Position numbers and translations under genes: made by a program. Source: Zygnema circumcarinatum SAG 698-1b (taxonomy: Eukaryota; Plantae; Zygnematophyceae). Taken from it: DNA of 64,000 bases. The DNA lies in assembly GCA_037447605.1 (NCBI GenBank), contig CM074817.1:2418001-2482000 (forward strand), written 5' to 3'. Positions within the stretch are counted from its first letter, which is position 1. Each line of letters opens with the position of its first letter. Below the pieces are notes generated by a model that searched no databases, had not been told where the DNA came from, and worked only from the letters and a program-made list of their open reading frames with translations. Below, in pieces: positions 1-10,417 of the stretch.

Positions 1-89
1 GAGAGAGAGAGGGAAAGGGACAGAGACAGGCAGAGACAGACAGAGAGAGGGAGAGAGAGAGAGGAGAGAGAGAGAGAGGGAGAGAGCAC

Positions 90-233
90 CTCTATGCAGA
101 AGAAGGCGGAGGGGAGGGAGAGGCCGGCGTCTGCAGCAATGACGTCCTGAAGGCAGTACACGGCGTCGCGGAGGGCGGTGAGGGGCTGGCCAGCTCGAAC
201 GATTAACTCTTGCGCCTGCCGCAGAGAGAGGGA

Positions 234-283
<50 letters not shown>

Positions 284-2315
284 AGACAGGGAGGGAGAGA
301 GGGGGAGAAGGAAGGAGGGAGTGAGGGAGAGGGAGAAAGGGGAGAGAGAGAGATGGAGACGAGTAGGGGCGAGAAGTTGAAGGAAAAAGTGGAACGAGAA
401 GGGAGGGGGCAGAGAGAAGGGGAGAATGAGAGGAAGAAAAAAAGGGAAAGTGGAGCAGACAGAGAGTAGGGAGATAAGAAACGGAGGGGATACACTTTGA
501 CGATAACAAACATTGCTGCATTTCTGAGATGTAGGTTTGCTACTGCTTGTGAATACATTGTTCTTGCATACATGGTCAATCAAGCCGAGTCAACGGCTAG
601 TAAGCCCACTGAAAGTATCAAACAGAGCAACAAAAAGTTGCAGAACTTCCCTAATCCTCAACCCTAAAATTTTGAAAGTTTCTACAATTTTGGACCCTGC
701 ACAACGCAAGCAAGCGCTATAATGAGCATTTTTTCCCATTAGCTATTCAAAAATAAATTAAGAAAAGTTATCGAACCTTTGTATCCCTCTTGTCAGGATT
801 GAGAAACTGGACCACAAGGAGCACTTCAGTTGGTTCCATGCTTTCCCATGCTGTTTCCGTTGAACGGCCCTGTTTCTGCAGCCATGCAAACATGCACATA
901 GAAAACCCAAACCCTCAAACCCTGAAAAGGCTACTCGAAACTCTAAAAACCATACAAACCTAAAACCCCAAAACGTGCTGAAAATCGAACAACCACAGAA
1001 TCGACCCAACAAACCACGACAACTACCCACACAAAAAGTAAATACCAACTCGAAAAATAGCGTTGTAGAAGACTTGAAAAGACTTTAAAGGCCCCAACAA
1101 CGTGAAACATCATTTTTTATTTTATTTTTATGATAAAAAAATTGTCCACCTTGTGGCGTAGCGAGAGGTAGTTCGCATTTGAGCGCGTGCACGCGTCAAG
1201 GAGGCGAGTGCCCGCGTCCATGTCACGTCGACGCTGGCCACGGCCGCCAAGGAGGAGGGCTTCCTGCACCTCCCTGCAAAAGTGCAAGACCGAATGAGAG
1301 TGAGGGAGAGGGAGAGGGAGAGGGAGAGGGAGAGGGAGAGGGAGAGGGAGAGGGAGAGGGAGAGGGAGAGGGAGAGGGAGAGGGAGAGGGAGAGCGAGAG
1401 GAGAGAGAGAGGGAGAGGGAGAGGGAGAGGGAGAGGGAGAGGGAGAGGGAGAGAGAGAGGGAGAGGGAGAGGGAGAGGGAGAGGGAGAGGGAGAGGGAGA
1501 GGGAGAGGGAGAGGGAGAGGGAGAGGGAGAGGGAGAGGGAGAGGGAGAGGGAGAGGGAGAGGGAGGGAGAGAGAGGGAGAGGGAGAGAGGGAGAGGAGAG
1601 GGAGAGGGAGAGAGGGAGAGGGAGAGGGAGAGGGAGAGGGAGAGGGAGAGGGAGAGGGAGAGGGAGAGGGAGAGGGAGAGGGAGAGGGAGAGGGAGAGGG
1701 AGAGGGAGAGGGAGAGGGAGAGGGAGAGGGAGAGGGAGAGGGAGAGGGAGAGGGAGAGGGAGAGGGAGAGGGAGAGAGGGAGAGGGAGAGAGAGGGAGAG
1801 GGAGAGGGAGAGAGAGGGAGAGGGAGAGGGAGAGGGAGAGGGAGAGAGGGAGAGGGAGAGGGAGAGGGAGAGGGAGAGGAGAGGGAGAGGGAGAGGGAGA
1901 GGAGAGGGAGAGGGAGAGGGAGAGGGAGAGGGAGAGGGAGAGGGAGAGGGAGAGGGAGAGGGAGAGGGAGAGGGAGAGGGAGAGGGAGAGGGAGAGGGAG
2001 AGGGAGAGCGAGAGGGAGAGGAGAGGGAGAGGGAGAGGGAGAGGGAGAGGGAGAGGGAGAGGAGAGGGAGAGGGAGAGGGAGAGGGAGAGGGAGGAGAGG
2101 GAGAGGGAGAGGGAAGGGAGAGGGAGAGGGAAGGAGAGGGAGAGGGAGAGGGAGAGGGAGAGGGAGAGGAAGAGGGAGAGGGAGAGAGAGAGAGAGAGAG
2201 AGAGGGAGGGAGAGGGAGAGAGGGGGAGAGGGAGAGAGGGAGAGAGAAAAAGAGTGGAGGGAGAGGGAGAGGAGGGAGAGGGAGGGAGAGGGAGAGGGAG
2301 AGGGAGAGGGAGAGG

Positions 2316-2346
<31 letters not shown>

Positions 2347-5300
2347 AAGAGGGAGAGAGGGGGAGAGGGAGAGAGGGAGAGAGAAAAAGAGTGGAGGGAG
2401 AGGGAGGTAGAGAGCGAGAGAGAGGGGGGAGAGTAGGAGGGAGAGAGAGGGAGGGAGAGAGGGAGAGAGGGAGAGAGGGAGAGAGCGAGAGAGAGGGGGG
2501 GAGAGAGAGAGGGCAGAGAGTGGGAGGGAGAGAGGGAGGGAGAGAGGGAGAGAGCGAGAAAGAGGGGGGAGAGAGAGAGAGAGGGGAGAGAGCCAGTCGA
2601 CAGCCGACAGCCTTGCATTTCGAAGGAGACTCTATTGTTGAAGTTTGAGCTTTAGTTTTCAACTCTCACATAGTCCATTAAAGAATTGTGTTGTGGTTTA
2701 CCTGATAGTCCATTCCATTAGAAAATTTGTGTTGTGTGTTTACCTTACGGAATGAAGCGTGGAGCTCTTCCACGCCCTCTGCCTTTCCTCCACTTTTGCG
2801 AGAACAGTGCTGATCCGACTCATGCGCTCTCTCTCGTCCTGGTCACCAACATTAGAGTTAGATCTGTCTCTCTCTCTCCCTCTCTCTCTCTCCCCCTATA
2901 TTAGTTTGAAGCAGAAAAACTCAAATTCCTTTGCAATGATCCAATCATGCATGTATCTGACATTTGCTAAAGGAACGACGAGAAGGAAAGTGTATGAAGT
3001 TGAAATGGAGGGAAAAAGGACAAATCGTGAAACTCAAGCCCCCAAAAAATCACAAGCAGCCAAAAGCATCTTCACTTTGAAAACAACGAAGAAAACCCAA
3101 GCACTTCACCAACTCTAAAGGGCCTTGAGAAATACTTGAGAAATCAAACGGCCCAAACCACCTCCCAAATTCCTGCAAGCACTTACCAAAAATCCCGATG
3201 CTCCCCGAGCCTTTTTCTCCTCCTCTTTCTCGATATCCGGGGGTCTCCCTCTCTTCCTTTTCGCTGCTTTCCGTGCATTACCACTACCTACGTCTGCACT
3301 TCCTCCCACCCCCTCTCCCTCCGTTCCTGCCTCCCTCCCTCTCTCCCTTCCTCCCTCCCTCTCTTCCTCCCTGCTCCCCTCCCGCTCTCCCTCCCTTCCT
3401 AATTCCCTCTCTCCCTCCCTTCCTGACTCCTTCTCTCCCTCCCTTCCTCCCTCCCTTCCTAATTCCCTCTCTCCCTCCCTTCCTGACTCCTTCTCTCCCT
3501 CCCTTCCTCCCTCCCTCTCTCCCTTCTCTCCAAGCCCTTCCAATTCCACGGTTCCCTGCTGGGTCTCGGCAACTAGAAGTGAATTTCCGAGCTCCGAACT
3601 CAACTGTACGGAAGCGGTTTCTATGTCAAAATTCTCGAAATTTTCGTCCATTAGTTCTTCAATAAGCTCCCCGATTTCGTTTTCTGTTTGGAGGGTGAAA
3701 TGGCTCGGACTGAGTTCAGCAGAGTCGCTTAACATCTGGGAAGGGTCGAGAACCGAGGGTTCAGATATAGGGGGCTCTATTGAGGCTTCAGGAATCGAGG
3801 GTTCAGGGAGAGCCAAAAATGAAAGAATAGATGAATTTGCATTGTCTTCTGTCAGTGGATTTGCGTTTCTTTCTGTAAGTGACTTGGAGGAGGCTTGATT
3901 TACCCTAATTTGAGGTACTAGCGAAGAAGGAATTTTAGGGTTTGAGGGCGGAGGAGTAAGGGTAGGTTCATTTGGCTGTGTAGGGGGTCTACTATAGGTC
4001 CCCGGGCAGGGTTGCAAAATTTCAGGCTGCCCGGACGCCTGTCCGTGCCCAACATTTTTGGGAGGCCATAGTTCGGAGATTGTGTCAGCCAAAAGCTTTT
4101 CCATAGACGGAAATTGGAGATCGTCCACACTGCGAAATAATAATAAGGAAAAAAAAAAAACAGAGATATGAAAAACTTGATTCGACATGCATAAACTGAT
4201 CATCATAAAAGCAGGATTCAAATAAATATATTTTTTATGACAATTGCCTCCGTGTCGAGATTTGTAACACGGAAAAAACCCAAAAAAGACAGTTGAGAGG
4301 GCCGACGACTATTAGATCTCTGTAAAGATCATAAAACCAATAAATGGAGTTGTTTCTCGATAATTTAATCCACTTCCAGTTTGTAAAATGATAATTTCAT
4401 TACTGACCTCGTCGATAAAAAAACCCATCATGCGGCATGGCATGTATGACGTGACGTGACGTGACGTAACGTGACGTGATGGAGGCGGATTCAAGAGAAC
4501 CTGAGACATGAGGACGGAATTTTAGGGTTCTAAGAAATTTTTGAATTTGTCGTTTTCTCCGGATTTAAGGTTCTCGGGTTAAAGACATTTCGGTTTTTCA
4601 CTTTTTTCGGGTTATTTGGGTATGTTTTTTTCTTTCTATTTTCCAGAGTTTATTAGGAGTTTCGGCTTCCTCGCCAATATATGGTTTTCACCTGAGCCTC
4701 ATGGTGACAGCTGTCTCCTTTCGAGAGCATGTGGATGCATAGAAACAGTAAAGTGTAGTGTGTTAATATAGATGTGATCATTATTAATAGAAAAGGAAAT
4801 GCTTTTACCCGATGTCGCATGGTTGAGAGAGCAGAAAGGGGTCCTCGAGCGCCTCCTCCCACTCCTGCAATATTCGAGATTCAGAAAGCTTCAGATACAA
4901 AAAGGAAAAGGAAAAGGAAAATTTCCAGCCACGACCAGTTATGAAATTTAGGGTATACCTGACTCCCCCCTCGGCCCCCCTCTCTCTCACACTCTCCTCT
5001 TCCTCTCTCCACCAGTCTCTCCCTCCAACTCCCTCACTGGTCTCCCCTCACAATCTCTGCCTCCACCTATCTATATCTATCCCACTCCTATCTCTCACTC
5101 CCTTCCGTCCCTCTCTCCCTCTCCCTTTCCCCCTTTTACCTCCGACCACTCTCTTTTTATCCACCCATCTCCCTCTCTTTCCCCAACTCTCTATCCCTCA
5201 CTCGCTTCCCCCCCTTCCCCCTCTCTCCCCCCGATTTTTTTCCCCCCTTCTCCTACACCTCTCCCCCAACCTATCTCTCAATCCCTCCCTCCCCCCCTCC

Positions 5301-5557
5301 CTNNNNNNNNNNCCCCCCCCCCCTCCCTCCCTCCCTCCCTCTCTCTGCCTCACCCGCAGCAGCTTCTCCATTCGGCGTAGGAAGGCCCCGGCCGACAGCG
5401 CGCCGCTCCTAAAGCCGTGCAGAAGGATGGGCCCGCCCGCCGCCCCCACGACTGCCCACTGCTCCTCCTCCTCCTCCCCTCCTCCTCCTCCTCCGCTCTC
5501 CTCCTCCTCCCCTAACTCCTCCCTCCCCTCTTCCTCCTCCTCCTCGGCAGCAGCCAT
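90..5557 (-). CDS. SNAPC3: snRNA-activating protein complex subunit 3 (SNAP50/SRD2), copy 1; 7 exons in window, last 3 exons expected beyond left edge
   Basis: Hand-spliced GT-AG exons: 5557-5354, 4864-4809, 4129-3187, 2838-2744, 1273-1150, 875-777, 215-90. Phases are compatible and no stops were seen. Peptides AAGGPILL, VDDLQFPS, KRKRGRPP, VEERQRAWKSSTLHS, EVLLVVQF and AQELIVRAGQPLTALRDAVYCLQDVI..SAFFCIE resemble plant SRD2 (QEFLVLG.Q.LTEL.D.IYC..D..SGYFLIE). Confidence 0.85.
1290..2590. repeat. (GAGAGG)n/(GA)n purine microsatellite mega-array inside a SNAPC3 intron
   Basis: About 1.3 kb of near-pure GAGAGG/GA repeats; source of the 380-500 aa low-complexity ORFs. Confidence 0.97.
4447..4478. 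repeat. (GTGAC)n pentamer tract in SNAPC3 intron 2; longer paralogous tract at ~14868-14924
   Basis: gacgtgacgtgacgtgac... seen directly at equivalent positions in both copies. Confidence 0.85.
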
Positions 5558-5847
5558 GGCGTCTCGGAGCTCTGGTCCCGGACGCCTCTGCCTCGCAGCC
5601 GGCGTGCCGAGGGAGCCCCCCCCACTGCTTCCCCTTGGCTCTCCGAACGCCATGTGGCCCGCCATGGAGAGCTCGCAGAAATAGGGTTAGGGGTTCGGCC
5701 CGTTACGGCTTAAGGGGATCGATACGCGCCGCGATACGATACGAGCGAGCGCAGCGAGCGATCCGTGGGTTTTCGATATCACAGTATGTATCGCGCACTG
5801 AGCCGTATCGTTTGGTGTGCGACTCTAAGTTGCCGTTGTTTAACACA

Positions 5848-6287
5848 TCTTTGGAGAAAAACCCGCGGGGAGGCCTACACCACCTCTGCCTCACAGTACG
5901 TATCTTTTCAGCCTTACTGAAGGAAAAGTTTACTGTTTACTGTTTTTTGTTTACTGTACCGATAAGGCCCCCCATTCCGCTTACCATAGAAAGTAGTAGG
6001 AAGCGGGTAGGAAGGGAGAGCCTGGAGAGAATTCTAAATGCCCTAAATGCTCTCTTACCTGCTTTTTTATCTTTCTTAGCTTGAGATAGTTGGATGATAT
6101 CGAAGAAGCTATGATTCATGTGAAGGAGAAAGGCTTGCAGACGCTCTCACCCCATCCAAAGCTGGTTGCGCATCAGCACCCAGTCATCTTTTTGAACCCT
6201 AAATCCAACCACGGGGTGCTCTGCGAGCTGGAGGAAGTAAGGACCCACTATGAAGCGGAAAAGGACGAGAAGGAAGTCACGGCTTGA
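5848..6287 (+). pseudogene. MCEE: Methylmalonyl-CoA epimerase (VOC/glyoxalase fold), 3' two exons only
   Basis: Exon ~5848-5895 LEKNPRGGLHHLCLT|gtacgt, then ag|6090-6287 LDDIEEAMIHVKEKGLQTLSPHPKLVAHQHPVIFLNPKSNHGVLCELEEV...stop. Matches the MCEE pattern GG.HHIC.EV.DI...GAHG.PV.FLHPK...GVL.ELE. No 5' exons are visible. Confidence 0.75.
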
Positions 6288-7326
6288 TAGTGAATAAGCA
6301 AAGAAAAAGAGGTCTTTTAGAGTCACTTTTGGTTGAGAATGAAATAAAGACTAGTTGGGAAGCTTTGCATTGGAAGAGTTTGGCTTTGCAGCTATGTTTG
6401 TTGGGGAATCGGTCTCACGTTGGGTAGGATGCAGGGCGTTGAAGATTAATAATTGCAATAATCTATCCCCATCACAATGCGTGTACGAAAGCAAGGGATT
6501 ATTGTATAGAGCATGAAGCATGTCCATGACTGACTTGACATCGCAGCCATGAGACCACCAGTGACCTGCCGCGAGCCTGTGATGCATGTGACATAGGGAG
6601 GGGCACCTTCATGTGCTGTTCGATTGGAGCCGTGTCATTGGCTGGATTGAAGTTCCATGGGAATTAAGACGACTCATGGTCTCATGGTTCATACCACATC
6701 AATCGAATGGTTGGCAATTCATTGGTTGGCTGGTTGTTTGGTTGGTTCCAATGTCGTAGCCTTTGGTCGCGACAATGGCCATATGACCCCTGTGAGCCGA
6801 TCCGGGGACCGTTCAGTTAAACGGTTACTAGGCGAACATGGAACTTGGCAACATCGATGTCCCTTTTTCCCACGGCTTGAAACGACCCTAAGGGCTTGGC
6901 GCTAACGACAACTCAATTGTACAAAAATTCGAGCCTTCTGTTAAATAGGACATTTTTGCCGCCCGCCGGACATCCAGTTAGGCAATGTCAGCACGATAGT
7001 ACAGTCTACTCACGTTATAGTGACATTGTTTATAAAAACAGCATGGATATACTGACGTTTTTTCCGGGAACGGAATTGCACCACTGCAAATCCTGCGCTA
7101 GTAGTAACGCCATTTTGGAAATTGTTTTGGTCAGGGTGCGGGTTTGTCCCAGCATATGCGCGCGTGTCCTCTTCGTCCTCCTCCCATTGTCGACCCTTCT
7201 TCTACTCCCTCTTCTTCTCTACCCGTCACTGCCACCCCTGGGTCTACTTTGCATGTTGGGCCTAGTCCGGTTGCTTGGGCGTATGCTCGGTCTTTAGATG
7301 TCCTTGGGTCGTTTTTNNNNNNNNNN

Positions 7327-9760
7327 GATCACGGACTAACGGCACCACGGGACCAATCCGGTCTCGCGATTGGATCTCGGGCCGCGGCCCGGATCCCCCT
7401 TTTGGACTTCTCCGTTCGTCCATTACAATGCGGTTACCCGTTGAGTACGGACAAGGCGGCTTGATCCGAACCCAGCGTAGCTATTAGGCTCGACCCGTGC
7501 ACCGGCGTCTGTGGCGCCCTTTGTCAGCCTGTCATGGCAGCGCTCTTGTGAAATGCGGCGAGCACTTTCATCGTTAGCACACCTCGACCCGGTAGTCGAG
7601 AGAGAGGAACCGTGTGATACGCCATTGGTGACCACCGCTTCCAATCCTCCATCGCGGTAGGAGGTTGACGGGGAAGCGTAAAGGCGTGGTGGCTGTCGTC
7701 ACCCAACCAACGTACCGGCATTCGGTTGCACCCCTGCCGAGGGCTGCGCCACTCTCTGAAGCTCTCTCTCTCTTGCTCTCTCTCTCGCTGAACTCTGAGT
7801 GCTGGTGTGTGATTCCGCGTAGGCTGAAGAGGCGGTTTTCAGTCGTTACATTCTCACCGGACTACCGTTCGGCCTGGAGCTGCCAATCCTGAAAGGCCTC
7901 AAAGGCGTCAGATTTATGTGCCAGCAGTACAACCCAAATCTTCCTAGAAAAGTCATCAAGGAAGGTTGCCAGAGTACCGTGCACCGGCTGGCGTCATTAG
8001 GTGATTGGCCGCACAAATTCGGCGTGAACTAGTTCCGGCTTAAGGATCTTGTAGGAAAGAGTCCACGCCATGATTTCCGGAAGGGGTGGCTGGTGGCTCT
8101 TGCCGCGACGCAGTCGGACCGGAACAATTTCGACCTTGGAGAGTTTAGGTAAAGGGGAGCCCCTCACAAGGCTCACGGGTAGCAAGAGGTCGCCAGACAC
8201 GATAGATGGCCAAGGCGCCTGTGCCAAAGCTGCGCCGAATCAGAGACTTGATGCACAGACTCTATGCCCCCATTGCAGCTGGAGCCTGTGCGCCGCTGAG
8301 GGGGATCGCCCGTGCCCTCTGGTGCCATGGGAGCATGGCGCTGCGTCACGTCACTACCATCCGGGTCGGCGCGCCTTGCAACGCTGCAAGGGCCGTCCGA
8401 TGGTCCGAGAGCGCGGACGGGATCGCGGCCGTCGCTCGCGCCCTGGGCACGTGCGACGCCACCGCGACCATCGGCGCCGTCCGAGGCGCGTGCAGGATCG
8501 CGGCCGTCGCGCGCGCCCTGGGCACGTGCGACTCCACCGCGACCATCTGCACCGTCCGAGGCGCGTGCAGGATCGCGGCTGTCGCGCGCGCCCTGGGCAC
8601 GTGCGACTCCACCGCGACCATCTGCGCCGTCCGAGGCGCGTGCAGGATCGCGGCCGTCGCGCGCGCCCTGGGCACGTGCGACTCCACCGCGACCATCTGC
8701 ACCGTCCGAGGCGCGTGCAGGATCGCGGTCGTCGCGCGCGCCCTGGGCACGTGCGACTCCACCGCGACCATCTGCGCCGTTCGAGGCGCGGGCAGGATCG
8801 CGGCCGTCACGCGCGCCCTGGGCACGTGCGACTCCACCGCGACCATCTGCGCCGTCCGAGGCGCGTGCAGCGGCGACCTTCTCCTGAATCGACGGTTGCC
8901 AATCTAAGTAGTACAGGCCGTCCCTTTGTGTCCCTCTACATAGAATTTTTCGAGTTTTTCTATGTAAAATTTTACATGAATTTTCTCTGAAAATTCCTTC
9001 ATAGCCTTTGCCACACACCTGACTAACAGAAAAGAAATTGTTTTGTAACGTGGGTGTATGCAAGACATTGCCAAGCCTGAGTTGGAAAGGTGTGCCTTCT
9101 CCAACAGGCGCAAAATGGACAGTTCCGCCATGAGTGACATCAACTTGATCTCCTGTTGCTGAAAACACACATCTCAGCCTCAGCCAAAGGCTGCATTTCT
9201 GCAAAGAGAGTGGTGTCACTACACATGTGTTTGGAAGCCCCTGAGTCAATGAGCCACGGTAAATGATTCTTGTCATTAAGATAAACTTGATTTACATAAT
9301 CGATTCTCTTGGCAGCCCTAGCCATCAAACTACTCTCTACCTGTGCAGGCTCTGCTACTTCTGTTCCAGCTATGCCTGTGCAGTTCCTGGCAATGTGACC
9401 TGGCTGATCACACTTATAGCAGATGACAGTTTTGCCCTTCCCCTTGCCTTCTACGCTGTCAGGCTGCCCGCTGCCTTGGGCTGCCTTCTTGGTCCGACAC
9501 TCCGCTTCAATGTGCCCCTTCCTCTTGTAGTAAGTGCAGAAATTGTCAGGTCCTCCTCGGTCACGCTGCTCTCGGAGGCTCTGCTGCCGCATTGCCATGA
9601 CACCATCTGCCCCTGGCCTGGATGCATTCTGAAATGTGTCCTCCTCTCTAATACGGGCCATGGCATGGGCTAACGTGAGTGTAGAGAAGGAGTGGTGAGT
9701 CCGCAGGCCATTGACAGTGACGTCAAAACGTTTGGGTAGGCCTCTGAAAAATGCATTGAT
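7327..9760 (-). mobile_element. Ty1/copia LTR retrotransposon internal fragment (gag-protease-integrase), degenerate, bounded by two 10-N gaps
   Basis: UBN2-like FFRGLPKRFD, zinc knuckle CYKCDQPGHIARNC, protease WLIDSGASKHMC, GAG-pre-integrase RDGLYYL...LWHRRLGHLS, frameshifted integrase remnants. Domain order PR-INT is copia-type. No RT or LTR seen. Confidence 0.9.
8420..8869 (-). repeat. 6 x 75-bp GC-rich tandem repeat, in frame within copia pol (ARASDGADGRGGVARAQGARDGRDP)
   Basis: Six near-identical 75-nt units; ORF 8173-9276 reads through them. Confidence 0.95.
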
Positions 9761-10159
9761 NNNNNNNNNNACTACTTGTCCCTCCTTGCACTAACCCACA
9801 CATATCCCATATGCACCTGCCCTGGCTACAGCCAAACGTCTCAGCAAGCTCTCTGAAAGCGGCTAGATCGATTAAGGGTTCAAGCCGTCAGAAGGCTGAC
9901 TCCTATGCGTGGCGATGCGGCGCCACACTTCCTGTATATCTATACTGTCCGTACACTTCATACACCAGGTAAAAGTGGTACGGTACAGTACAGTACGGTA
10001 CAGTACGGTATACTCGGACGTCCGTACACATGCGCCTCTAACACCTGCAAGGCGCATCTAACCTCCCTAGAGAGTCTATGTCCCAAAACGTTGTACAGTC
10101 TCTAGTGCTGTACAACAGCTTCCTTGTTTGCCTGTTGACAATTTGTCACAGCAACAGCC

Positions 10160-10380
10160 TAAACAACTGACCTGACCTGAACCTGACGCTCAACTGAAAT
10201 GAACCGACCCTTTCTGAACTGAACTGTATCTGACCTGATCCTTTCTGAACTGAACTGACCGTTTCTGAACTGAACTGTAACTGAACTGATCTGACCTGAA
10301 CTGACCATTGATCTAAACTTATCTGACCTGAACTGACCAAAGCTGGTCTGAACTGAACTGTAACTGAACTATAACTGCCC
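10160..10380. repeat. Degenerate (ACTGA/CCTGA)n pentamer array just 3' of the SNAPC3 copy 2 stop
   Basis: aactgacctgacctgaac...ctgaactgaactgtaactgaac seen directly. Confidence 0.85.
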
Positions 10381-10417
10381 TGCCCGACATAGAGCGGCCC
10401 CCGCCCGCCCGCCCGCC

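Noticed and set aside
1128-2662. Four long overlapping ORFs (384-496 aa) of RE/GE/LS/LP repeats; similar ones at 12.6-13.3, 28.0-28.9 and 55.7-56.2 kb
   Set aside because: Stop-free translations of GA/CT microsatellites in introns; only short embedded exons are real
6351-7316. Short ORFs between the MCEE fragment and the copia contig
   Set aside because: No recognisable motifs or consistent splice model
8420-8869. Regular direct repeats resembling a CRISPR array
   Set aside because: Contiguous 75-bp units without unique spacers, inside a retrotransposon ORF of a eukaryote; no cas genes
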